A DNA stretch of 37,784 bases, from positions 1-37,784 of the forward strand of contig PMWA01000103.1 in NCBI GenBank assembly GCA_003166335.1, given 5' to 3'. Within the stretch, counting starts at the first letter, position 1, and every line of letters starts with the position of its first letter. The notes under the pieces are model-generated. The model saw only the letters and a program-made list of their open reading frames with translations. It was not told the origin of the DNA and ran no database searches. The DNA comes from Methanobacterium sp. (GTDB lineage Archaea > Methanobacteriota > Methanobacteria > Methanobacteriales > Methanobacteriaceae). The position numbers and the translations under genes were made by a program. Shown in pieces: positions 29,501 to 37,784 of the stretch.

Positions 29501-31111
29501 AAATCCTTTATTTTCCTTATTCTTAATAACTTTTATATGTGGTAAGTTCTCCAGCTCATCCAATAAGGTTCCAATTCTTTTATCTGAACTACTATCATCT
29601 ATTAATATTAGTTCATAAGGGAGTTTAGTATTTTTAAGAATACTGTTTATGCAATCTTTAACATCCTCATAAGCATTGTAAATTGGGATAATAATAGATA
29701 TTTTTTTATTAAAGTTAAAAGCAGCTAGAATGCTATTAATTTGATGATTAGAAAGTGGATGATATATTAAATTTGATTTACTGGGGAGATCTCTTTTATA
29801 ACCTTGAAATATTTCATTAGGTTTTCTTCCTTCCTTCATCCCATATAAGCTGTAATGTACAAGTGGGTTTAAATTTGAATTTTTTACATCATTAGAATTA
29901 TTTAAATAATAATTTCCATCAAATGTAGAACTCGGATTCCGACCTTCTTTATAACCATGATATAAGTAATGAATAAAAGGATCCGCACCAGAAAGCCTAA
30001 CATCATCACTGTATTTTAAATAATAACCAATATCAAATAAATGATTTTTTTTAATTGCTCGATAACCTTTTACATTAGTTAATGCAGTTTTAATGCCTTT
30101 ATTTTTCCGGCTTAAAATAATGTATAAAGTAGGGAATTTTGAAATTAATTTTTGAGTTATTGATCTATCTTTATTATTTAAATAATCCATTTCATAAATT
30201 CGAGTTGAGAGATTATCAATTTGAGAGTTTAATTCATTTATTTGCTTTTCATTACCCATCAATTCTTGGATTACTAAATTTTTTTCAGAAATTAATTCAT
30301 TTGACGATTTTAACTCAAATTCTGTCTGATATAATCTTTTTTCAAGTAATTTAGTTTTACTTACCGATTCTGAATATTCAATATAAAGTCTTACTCTTTC
30401 TTCTTCAAGAATACCCAATAAATTAGCACTTCTTATAACCTTTTTTACAATATTTTCTATTTCATCATTCTTAGGATATAAAATTCCTAATCCAAAAAAA
30501 GCATTAATTAGATCAAAAGAGAATTCTGAAGTGGATTTATCAATAAAATCTTCAACAGCTGTCAACACACCATTCCTTGGATTGTTAACATAAACTGAAT
30601 TATTAAGACTAAGATTTAATCCTCCATTTTCTTTCAAATGGGCAAGTTGTGGATGCAATCCCAATTTTTTGTAAGGTTGCCTATAATCATCAGGTATATT
30701 CTGTGGATTGTAATAGACGTCTCTTCTATCATAAGGCCATCCCAAATCATGTAAGAATATAATAGGAAACTTTTTGGTTTTGAAGTTCTTTTCAATTATT
30801 TTTAATTCATTATAAACCGTGTACCAGTTATGGTCCCCATCTATTAAAATTACATCATAATTTTTTAATAATGGCAATCTGCTTAAGCTTAATTCTTTGT
30901 AAATTTCAAATTTATCACCATATTCAGATTTAAACTCATTAACATCAAATTTAGGTTGTGGATCTATAGCCGTCATATGGGCATCGTTATCCAAGCAATA
31001 ATCTAGAATATTTCTAGTGTTCACACCTGTATCTGAACCTATTTCAACAATGTAATTTACTTTAAGTTTTTCTATGATGGGACGTATAATTGTATGCCAA
31101 AATCTATTCAT
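26579..31111 (-). CDS. Multidomain glycan enzyme: N-terminal methyltransferase, coiled coil, FDxxYYL repeat module, GT2, two GT-B (GT4-like) domains
   Basis: VEIGSDTG and IDGDHNW (Methyltransf_24-like); IIIPIYN, IDDSS, LLNSD, GYGEENDF (GT2); WPETYCHTLSEA (GT4); YEIDD, KSEIKYLEY (second GT-B); AGGAG RBS. Confidence 0.88.
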   Translation of the reverse strand: MNRFWHTIIRPIIEKLKVNYIVEIGSDTGVNTRNILDYCLDNDAHMTAIDPQPKFDVNEFKSEYGDKFEIYKELSLSRLPLLKNYDVILIDGDHNWYTVYNELKIIEKNFKTKKFPIIFLHDLGWPYDRRDVYYNPQNIPDDYRQPYKKLGLHPQLAHLKENGGLNLSLNNSVYVNNPRNGVLTAVEDFIDKSTSEFSFDLINAFFGLGILYPKNDEIENIVKKVIRSANLLGILEEERVRLYIEYSESVSKTKLLEKRLYQTEFELKSSNELISEKNLVIQELMGNEKQINELNSQIDNLSTRIYEMDYLNNKDRSITQKLISKFPTLYIILSRKNKGIKTALTNVKGYRAIKKNHLFDIGYYLKYSDDVRLSGADPFIHYLYHGYKEGRNPSSTFDGNYYLNNSNDVKNSNLNPLVHYSLYGMKEGRKPNEIFQGYKRDLPSKSNLIYHPLSNHQINSILAAFNFNKKISIIIPIYNAYEDVKDCINSILKNTKLPYELILIDDSSSDKRIGTLLDELENLPHIKVIKNKENKGFVKNINMGIHNSDGDVVLLNSDTVVTPRWLQKLTVAAYSDRSIGTVTPLSNAAGAFSVPEIGKENEIPIFLSRDGMASLVETVSDNVNMEVPTGNGFCLFIKRSIINDVGFFDETAFGRGYGEENDFCMRAIDRSWKNIIDDSTYIYHKRSASFSDKKKELIKQHRAILDKKYPSYTKKVHEFTSSVKLKNIQDNIRSEMDDINFDRINYINKKRILYVLHQGEGGTFKTNKDLMQNIRKTFECFILTSTTKQLLLWKQTKNGLEKINSWNIKSKWSSKKFYNNEFRDVYFNVLIGLKIDIVHIRHLFKHTFDLPDIAHKLGIPIILSFHDFYFICPSFHLIDENNKYCAGKCTEGKNQCKIPSELLNDLPVLKTFIDEWRSEISNIFDKCSTFITTSEVAKQIYISIYPQLAEKTFKVIEHGRDLNKELNSKFEFPSTDKPVKILIPGNIDNHKGAEFIKQLKKQDKRNRLEFHFMGSIVSYLSDYGIYHGKYERNSFCGMVNDIKPSFIGIFSIWPETYCHTLSEAWSCGIPVLTSKIGVLEERLCKNNGGWILNHNSPSESYKEIMRIVNSPEEYKLIKEQINKIHFTSTKEMAYEYEFIYWQNLLITEYSKIENIYRVAIIIKGRNGDHPPTANIRLLLPFYHPSLYGKIVPYIIDEDDLDTVNKDSFLIERIYDCVIVQRDVLDESFANLLVKRCKEHDIKLIYEIDDDLLNIDKTHPEYKKYLSKSTIIKYLIENADLVTVSTDLLKSKFEGIANNVICISNALDERLWCTKVNSFPIENDTIIVGYMGSFTHERDLIIIKNAIKNLQKKLAENNLKFNFEVIGGMRNTGWIKQIEIPSDNEEYRKFVQWLKKVTANWNIAVAPLADTNINRGKSEIKYLEYTGLDLAGVYSDIGSYNEIIKNGYNGLLVKNNNTKEWEEQIYKLITDSELCSNIKSNARNNLIEKYLLKHRTELWYKTVEELVDKKI
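29823..30149 (-). repeat. Shared ~108-codon module, copy 1 (ISKFP...FDxxYYL..DV..DP..HY..G..EGR x2)
   Basis: Collinear DNA and protein similarity with 36183-36509. Confidence 0.85.
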
Positions 31112-31643
31112 GTATATTTACTCCTAATAAATCGGGATTTATCCCTAAAATGCGATCTACACGTTTTGGATATGAATGATTGTTTTATATCAAACAGTAG
31201 ACGATTTTATGAAAAACTCAGGAATATCGAATTAATTAATAAATTTTCTAATTTCTTTATTTGCAGTGTATCATCAGTAAGTGCTAAATATTTTTTTATT
31301 TTCGGTTGAATAGAGGTATAAACTAACTTTATCCTGTTTGAATCTGTTTTGAACTTTTAAATTTTGTATTTGAGGTTTCCGTCATTTTAAACAGGTTAAG
31401 ATAAAAGTTTTTGTGAAACTAATTCATTCATAATAAATTATATTTCAGGTAAATGATTTGTAGTTATTACATGAATTAGTTTGTTTTTTTTTTAGTTATT
31501 CATTTATAACCAATCAAAATTTGAAGTGAAATAATATCTCATTAATTTTATATTTTTAATAATAATCTAATACAGATTTATTTAACTTCATTAAATATAT
31601 ATGTTCAAAAAAAGATTAGTAAAATTGCCTCAAAGAAGATAAT

Positions 31644-31835
31644 ATGAAAGATATTTCTGTAATCATTCTGCATTTAACTCTAATAAAACTATAAAAAAGT
31701 TATTTCAGTTTTTAATGATTTTTACAAGGATAATATTTTAAAACTTAAAAAAGATAATGAGTCCATCTAAACTAAGAAATATTGATGTTAAATCAGTAAA
31801 TGGGTAAAAATATTACGTTTTTAGAAGATGGCGAT
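31644..31835 (+). pseudogene. Decayed GT2 glycosyltransferase N-terminal fragment
   Basis: Stitched frames: MKDISVII/AFNSNKTIKK ... PSKLRNIDVKSVNG/KNITFLEDGD, compared with the GT2 consensus ISVIIPxYN...SxARNxG...GxYIxFLDxDD. Confidence 0.5.
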
Positions 31836-32120
31836 AAAATTAATTTGTTAATTAGTTAAAAATACGGTAATATATATAATCTTGACTATATAACGGTTAT
31901 ATTAAAATAGTTAAAGATAATCGTATGAGAAGATTGAGTTAAACTTGAATGTAAAAACACAATCAACTGGATGTGATAAAGATATAATAATATCTGATAC
32001 ATTCCAATGTTTTATATAAAGTTTTAATCGAAATAAAATCTTTTTAAAAAAACCAATTAACATAGATTTTTAAAGATCTAATAAATTATAAAAGCATCTA
32101 AAAATGGAGATATGATATTT

Positions 32121-33005
32121 ATGATTAAAGATTTTATTAAAAACCAGATAAGAAAGACAGGTATGGTAAGGGCTTTGGAGATGGATAATGAAAAACTAAA
32201 AATTCAAATTAACAATTTAGAAAAAATTAACAATTTAGAGAAAGAAAAGCTCAAAGCTGCAGAAGATAAACTAAGAATAGTCGGAGTTAAAGATCAATTA
32301 AGAGAAAAATACAAATATTTGAATCCTCATAAATTGGATTTAATCGATCTTGCATTTCAAAAGATTATTCCTAATGCTGATTCATTTGCTGATTTGGGTG
32401 GAACATGGAGAGTGAATGGTGGATATACATTTTATACCATTGATAAATATAATATTAAATCTGCATTTTTAGTTGATACAAACATTAATGATCCATTACT
32501 AAGTAAAGTTAATGAATATGGAAATGTAACCTTAATAAATGATAATTTTGGTGAAAATATTGCTATAGATCAATTAGGAGAGTTAGATGCAATTTTTTTA
32601 TTCGACGTGCTTCTCCATCAAGTCAAACCAGATTGGGATGAGATATTAAAGAGATATTCAACAATATGCAATTGTATGGTTATATTTAATCCAGAATTTA
32701 CTAATTCTGACAATACTGTAAGACTTTTCGATCTTGGGCATGATGAATACTTAGAAAATACACCTTATGATAAGGATCATCCTACATACAAATCCTTGTT
32801 AGAAAATATGAATGAGATTACAAATTACGATTCTGAACGAATGTTGAGAGATAGTCATGAGTTATGGCAATGGGGAATAGTAGATAAAGATTTATATACT
32901 AAGATGAAGGATTTAGGGTTTAGTTTACAGTTCTACCAAAACTTAGGGAATTTTCCTGATCTAAAGAATTTTGAAAATCACGCCTTTATTTTCAAAAAAG
33001 ATTAA
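32121..33005 (+). CDS. Putative class I SAM-dependent methyltransferase-like protein with N-terminal coiled coil
   Basis: FADLGGTW (motif I), FLVD, DAIFLFDVLLH; GGAGA RBS spacing favours ATG 32121 (alternative 32112). Confidence 0.65.
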   Translation: MIKDFIKNQIRKTGMVRALEMDNEKLKIQINNLEKINNLEKEKLKAAEDKLRIVGVKDQLREKYKYLNPHKLDLIDLAFQKIIPNADSFADLGGTWRVNGGYTFYTIDKYNIKSAFLVDTNINDPLLSKVNEYGNVTLINDNFGENIAIDQLGELDAIFLFDVLLHQVKPDWDEILKRYSTICNCMVIFNPEFTNSDNTVRLFDLGHDEYLENTPYDKDHPTYKSLLENMNEITNYDSERMLRDSHELWQWGIVDKDLYTKMKDLGFSLQFYQNLGNFPDLKNFENHAFIFKKD

Positions 33006-33357
33006 TATAATCTGTTATATGTTTCTTTCTTTAAATGTTCTAGATGATATACAGAATATACTAAAATTGTATTAAATTAATGATAAAAGATGAAATAAAT
33101 AAATTTTAAACTAACAGGAAACCAACTATTTTTGGAAACAACTTCAAAATCAATGTTTAAATGTTTCGTAAATTCAAATTGAAATTCCTTTTGTACTACC
33201 TTTAATTTACTTTTTAATTAATTAATTCTTCCTAATTTGTTCCATAACGTGGCAAATCTTTATATGTAAGAGAAATATTTATCGAACTTTAATTTTTCAG
33301 CATCATTTAACAATTTTATTGAATATTCATTTAGATATAAGATTGGATATGCTTCGA

Positions 33358-35247
33358 CTAAATATCCCATAATGGAGTTTTATAACCAAGTTTAGCCTTT
33401 AATTCATCATCCCATTGATTTTTATATAACATCATATAGAAATGGGAGTTTTCATCTGAAATTTCACGCAGAATTTCTGTAGATTTTTGTAATTTATGAT
33501 AAACAATTGCATCAGACACATAGTAAATTTTTAAATTCATTAAATGACGTATATAATCACAGAAGATACGATCAGAACGATAATGACGCCCTAATTCCGG
33601 GTCAAGCCCTACAGAACTGTTTAACACTTCACGTTTAATGTAAACACAAAAGAAAGGAGCGAAGTTAAGCTCTAAAACATTGCCTGAATGGAATAGGGGT
33701 ACATTAGTTATATTCGAATGCCAAATCGATAAATTAACGTCGCATTCATATTTAGGATCTGCATAAGGAACATGTGTATTAATAGAATTTGTCCCACCCG
33801 GCAAAACCTGCTGTGGAACTATCAAACCACAGTTAGGAAGTTCATAAGCTGCTTTTTGCATAGTTTCAATGGAACCCGGAGTTAGGATAGCATCGTTATT
33901 CATTATTATAATATCGTTATTAGACTCAGAAATGGCAATACCTTGGTTTACCGCATAAGTAAAGCCATAATTAATGTCGTTTTGGATAAATTTAATTTTA
34001 TTCTCATCTTTTAACCGTCTTAGATATTCCACTGTCTGTTGATTTGAAGCATTATCTACTACGATAATTTCTAAACATTCATTAAATTGTAATGCTAGAA
34101 TCGAATCTATACACTCTCGAATATCATCAAATGATTCATAACTCGGGATAATAATGCTTATTTTATAAGTTATATTATTAGATGACTTTAAAGCAGAATT
34201 ATAATTCCGTTGCATGCTTTCCTTATGTTTTTCCCGAACTGTAGCAAGATCATGATCAAAACTTTTATCTTTAGTAATTGTGTTATCTGTCTGGTTATAG
34301 TAATGATGTGAAAGTAAAACAGGGACAGAATACATTTCTACTGATTCTGATATCCGTATAATCCAATCCCAATCCTCATAATTATTTAAACTTTCATCAA
34401 ACCCTCCAATACGCTTATAAATATGATTTTTATGGCAAAATGCATTTAGGTCTATGTAATTTCTATTAATTAGAAGAGATCTGTTGAAACTACCAAAACG
34501 AACAGCACAAGGATGCTTACAATCACCTTTAAATAATAATTGACCACTATAAAGAGCCTCAGCATCTGGCAACTCCGAGAAAGCTCCAACCATAGTTGAT
34601 ACATAACGAGAATCCCAAATATTGTCAGAATCCAGATACATTATATACTTTCCGCTTGCAGATTCAAGTGCAATATTCCGTGTTCTGGATACACCTTGAT
34701 AACTTTCATTATCCAATAATACGATGCGATCATCATTTAATTTAGATAATAATTCCTTTGAACCATCTTCACTACCATCATCTACAATGATCAGCTCAAT
34801 ATTACGATAAGTTTGCCCCAATACTGAATCTACAGCAAATTTAACTACATCAACATTATTATAAACAGGCATGATTATTGAAACCAACGTAGTATTCTCT
34901 ACTTCACTAGCAAGGCCCATTAAATATTTAGCAATGTTTTCCATGATAGCGAAACATCTTTTATCTTCTTCCTGAAAAGGAATTTCCAACAATGGCGACA
35001 CAAGTGATTCCTCAAGAAAACCGGTTAAATCTTTAAAATGACGATTAGCTATCAATTTATCATTGAGGTTTTTTTTCTCGTTACTAACCTCCTGGACCTT
35101 GTCTTTCAGGGCTTTAATATGATCATTTAGGTTTTCATTGTCGGTGTTAAGTTTCTGCACCTGTTTTTCCAGATTGTTCTTTTCTATTTCCAAAGCCCGG
35201 TAAGTGCCTGTTTTCCTGATTTGCTTTTTAATATGATTCTTGAACAT
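33358..35247 (-). CDS. Double-GT2 glycosyltransferase with N-terminal coiled coil
   Basis: SIIMPVYN, VDDGS, YLDSD, GFDE..EDWD; second domain SIIIPSY, VDNAS, GFTYAVNQG, MNND; AGGGGT RBS. Confidence 0.88.
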   Translation of the reverse strand: MFKNHIKKQIRKTGTYRALEIEKNNLEKQVQKLNTDNENLNDHIKALKDKVQEVSNEKKNLNDKLIANRHFKDLTGFLEESLVSPLLEIPFQEEDKRCFAIMENIAKYLMGLASEVENTTLVSIIMPVYNNVDVVKFAVDSVLGQTYRNIELIIVDDGSEDGSKELLSKLNDDRIVLLDNESYQGVSRTRNIALESASGKYIMYLDSDNIWDSRYVSTMVGAFSELPDAEALYSGQLLFKGDCKHPCAVRFGSFNRSLLINRNYIDLNAFCHKNHIYKRIGGFDESLNNYEDWDWIIRISESVEMYSVPVLLSHHYYNQTDNTITKDKSFDHDLATVREKHKESMQRNYNSALKSSNNITYKISIIIPSYESFDDIRECIDSILALQFNECLEIIVVDNASNQQTVEYLRRLKDENKIKFIQNDINYGFTYAVNQGIAISESNNDIIIMNNDAILTPGSIETMQKAAYELPNCGLIVPQQVLPGGTNSINTHVPYADPKYECDVNLSIWHSNITNVPLFHSGNVLELNFAPFFCVYIKREVLNSSVGLDPELGRHYRSDRIFCDYIRHLMNLKIYYVSDAIVYHKLQKSTEILREISDENSHFYMMLYKNQWDDELKAKLGYKTPLWDI

Positions 35248-35399
35248 ATTACCCCTAATTGAATTATTTATCTTTAAAATGGGATTTATAACCTACGGTA
35301 TTACCTTCCATTTAATGAAGGATGAAATAAATGTTTTATAATCTTGTATAAGCTGTAGAGTGGAATCAGCATTAATCCGTGACGAAAATAGCAAACTTT

Positions 35400-37448
35400 T
35401 TAAATTTTTTCATTACTATTTGATAGATTTTTTTGAGAGTCAATAAGGCTTAATTGGAATACTTCAGAACTTAAAATTCCTTTTTCAATTAGTTCAACAC
35501 TATGTAATTTTTGCACTTTTAAACGATTCTCCTCTAAATCAGCATTTATAGAAATATTATTCAATTCAATGCTGATAAAATATTTTGCCAATACTTCATC
35601 TACAAAGAATGGCTCATTTAACTTAGTGTATCTTAAAATCAGATCCCAATCAACAAGACGATTCAAGGACTCATTGAATCCTCCCAACTTATCATAAAGA
35701 AATTTTTTGTGTACAAATATATTGATATCAATAAAATTACCCCTCAGAATCAAAGTTCTATCATATCTGGTCTCTCTAACATATTTGTTATTCCTATAGT
35801 CATCATTCACTTCTTCTGCTGAATATGCAGTATTAACATTGTTATTAAACAATGCAGAAACCATCTTTTCAAGGTAAGTTTCAAACCAATAATTATCAGA
35901 ATCTAAATATGCAATTACGTTACCTTTTGCTTCACTTAATCCTTTATTCCTTGCTTTACTTACTCCGCCGTTTTTTTGTTTAAAATATTTTATTTTACCA
36001 TATTTTAGATAATTTCTATATTTTTTTTTGATTAAATCTTCAGTGCCATCAGTACTTCCATCATCTACTATTATAAGCTCGTATTCACTATAAGTTTGAT
36101 TTATTACAGAATTTACCGCTTTTTCAATTATATTCTTTCTATTATAAGTTGGCATTATTATTGAAACAGTAATTTTTTGGGTTTTTCTGTCTTCCTTCAT
36201 CCCATATAAGCAATAATGTACAAGTGGATTTAAATTAGAATTTATTACATCATCGTATGATTGTAAATAATAATTTCCATCAAAATTAGGATCAGGTTTT
36301 CTACCTTCCTTAAAACCATAGCATAAATAATGGATTAAGGGATCCATACCTAATAATCTTACATCAGGGTTATTTGTTAAATAGTAACCGTAATCAAATA
36401 AATTGTTCTTTTTAATAGTATTATAACCCTTTATAGTAGTCAAAGCATTTTTGATTCCATTACTGTTACTGTTAAACAAAATATAAATGCTAGGAAACTT
36501 TGAAATAATCCGATGCTTCATTGAACTACTATTGCTCTTGAATTCTATTTCATTAGAAATAACATCTAAAATACGTTCAACTCTTTTTTGGAAAGTATGA
36601 TTTTTAATAACAATATTCCTTACATTTTCAATTTCTTTGATTCTTTCTTCTTTATTATTTAGATAATTCTCTATTAAAGAGTTTAATTCATCAGGATAGT
36701 CATAAGTGATTAATGTATCTCCAAAAATATCTCCTGCTCCCCATACATTGTCAGATATAATAAATGCTCCAGCTGCAAATCCATCAAATATACGATTAGA
36801 TAGAAAACCTTTCTCTCGCATATCATCCCAGTGATCGTTAAGCAATATTTTACACGATGAGTACGCTTTTCTTAGCTCATTATTGGATATATGCTCAGCT
36901 TTAATGTACTTTTTGGGGATTAATTCTTCCCAATTTGCCCCATACACTGCCAAATCTTCATTTGTTGGTAATATGTCTTTTATTATTTTCCTGAAAACTT
37001 TCCTGGAATTTCCAACGAAGATTAAATCGTGTTTGTAATCATTATCAGGATCGGGGTAGAATAATTTTGGATCTGTACATTGGAGCAAGGTTTCTACAGG
37101 TACATGAGCTTGTCTTCCTATTTCTTCAGCCCAGAATTCAGATGCTATGAATATATAATCATACTGATTATATTCTTTTATACTGATTTCATTTGGATGG
37201 GAAATATTCCACATTATATTGAAGTGCTGTTTTTTAGGTTTATATTTACTCAAACCTCTCAAAACTATAATCACATCGCAATCATCATCATCATTGTCCC
37301 ATTCAGGTAATATTTGTAATATTACTTCACAATTTTTTTTCTCGAATTCTTTTTTCAAACCTAAAGCTATATAATAATCGCCCCATTCTTGAACTGATTC
37401 CCATGTAGTTGCGGGAATTTTAATTGCAATTTTTGTTTTTAAAAACAT
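35400..37448 (-). CDS. Multidomain glycosyltransferase: CgeB-like GT-B, FDxxYYL module, GT2 (possibly the 3' part of a split gene)
   Basis: KIAIKIP, WGDYY, WNISHP, FVGNSR, SNRIFD, HTFQKRV; SIIMPTYNR, VDDGSTD, YLDSD, DWD. Confidence 0.85.
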   Translation of the reverse strand: MFLKTKIAIKIPATTWESVQEWGDYYIALGLKKEFEKKNCEVILQILPEWDNDDDDCDVIIVLRGLSKYKPKKQHFNIMWNISHPNEISIKEYNQYDYIFIASEFWAEEIGRQAHVPVETLLQCTDPKLFYPDPDNDYKHDLIFVGNSRKVFRKIIKDILPTNEDLAVYGANWEELIPKKYIKAEHISNNELRKAYSSCKILLNDHWDDMREKGFLSNRIFDGFAAGAFIISDNVWGAGDIFGDTLITYDYPDELNSLIENYLNNKEERIKEIENVRNIVIKNHTFQKRVERILDVISNEIEFKSNSSSMKHRIISKFPSIYILFNSNSNGIKNALTTIKGYNTIKKNNLFDYGYYLTNNPDVRLLGMDPLIHYLCYGFKEGRKPDPNFDGNYYLQSYDDVINSNLNPLVHYCLYGMKEDRKTQKITVSIIMPTYNRKNIIEKAVNSVINQTYSEYELIIVDDGSTDGTEDLIKKKYRNYLKYGKIKYFKQKNGGVSKARNKGLSEAKGNVIAYLDSDNYWFETYLEKMVSALFNNNVNTAYSAEEVNDDYRNNKYVRETRYDRTLILRGNFIDINIFVHKKFLYDKLGGFNESLNRLVDWDLILRYTKLNEPFFVDEVLAKYFISIELNNISINADLEENRLKVQKLHSVELIEKGILSSEVFQLSLIDSQKNLSNSNEKI
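36183..36509 (-). repeat. Shared ~108-codon module, copy 2
   Basis: Collinear with 29823-30149. Confidence 0.85.
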
Positions 37449-37784
37449 ATTCTTGCTCTAAACATTTTTTTAAATTGTAGGCCCTGTTTTCATATGTATG
37501 ATTTTTAGATATGATTTCTTGTAATTCTTTGACTTTTGCTATTCTCGCATCTTCATTGGTCAGATAATATTCTATTAAATTATTTAAGTCTTCCTGGGAT
37601 TTCCAAACTGGTAATTTACCCTTAAAGGTTTCTTCTGCACCTATAGCGCCGTTGGTTATAACTAATGCACCGGTTGCTAGAGCATCAAAAACTCTACTGT
37701 TAATTGAGCCAAAATTTTTAGCTCCCCGGTTTACATCATCAATAACAATTTTTGTAGAAGCGTATTCTAGGGGTAAATCCGAAT
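37420..37784 (-). CDS. 5'-partial CgeB-like GT-B glycosyltransferase domain (absent from the ORF track)
   Basis: Open frame from 37782: SDLPLEYASTKIVIDD...INSRVFDALATGALVITN...LIEYYL...NHTYENRA; stop at 37420. Confidence 0.8.
   Translation of the reverse strand, partial: SDLPLEYASTKIVIDDVNRGAKNFGSINSRVFDALATGALVITNGAIGAEETFKGKLPVWKSQEDLNNLIEYYLTNEDARIAKVKELQEIISKNHTYENRAYNLKKCLEQEYVFKNKNCN

Noticed and set aside
31133..35289. Shared ataaatccc 9-mer on the minus strand upstream of the 1510-aa and 629-aa genes
   Set aside because: Too short and differently spaced to support a regulatory site

Overview
Very AT-rich DNA that reads like a Methanobacteriales archaeon (Methanobacterium-like). This is inferred from GGAG/GGTG Shine-Dalgarno motifs, a TIGR00288 NYN gene, an archaeal ArsR/membrane-protein pair and an adhesin-like protein. 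Positions 1-10.6 kb are an accessory patchwork: truncated GNAT, PsbP-like secreted protein, HXXEE protein, MBL hydrolase, iron-sulfur flavoprotein with divergent HxlR, SHOCT protein, frameshifted receiver, trypsin-like protease, NYN protein and ArsR. The intergenic DNA there carries GC-rich degenerate 4-nt-period repeat arrays. From 11.4 kb to the end is a large surface-glycan locus of the ABC-transporter (Wzm/Wzt) type: wecC-like dehydrogenase, WcaJ-like initiating transferase, epimerase, many glycosyltransferases, methyltransferases and an adhesin. The most unusual points are: (1) Wzt fused to a second, Walker-A-degenerate ABC ATPase that is coupled to a second permease; (2) a 1510-aa methyltransferase/coiled-coil/triple-GT protein resembling a WsaE/WbbB-type polymerase-terminator; (3) non-catalytic modules shared between different enzymes of the locus; (4) apparent non-canonical starts on both the initiating transferase and Wzt; (5) unannotated pseudogenes. 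No rRNA, tRNA, CRISPR array or transposase was recognised. All family calls come from motif recognition by eye; no database search was run.
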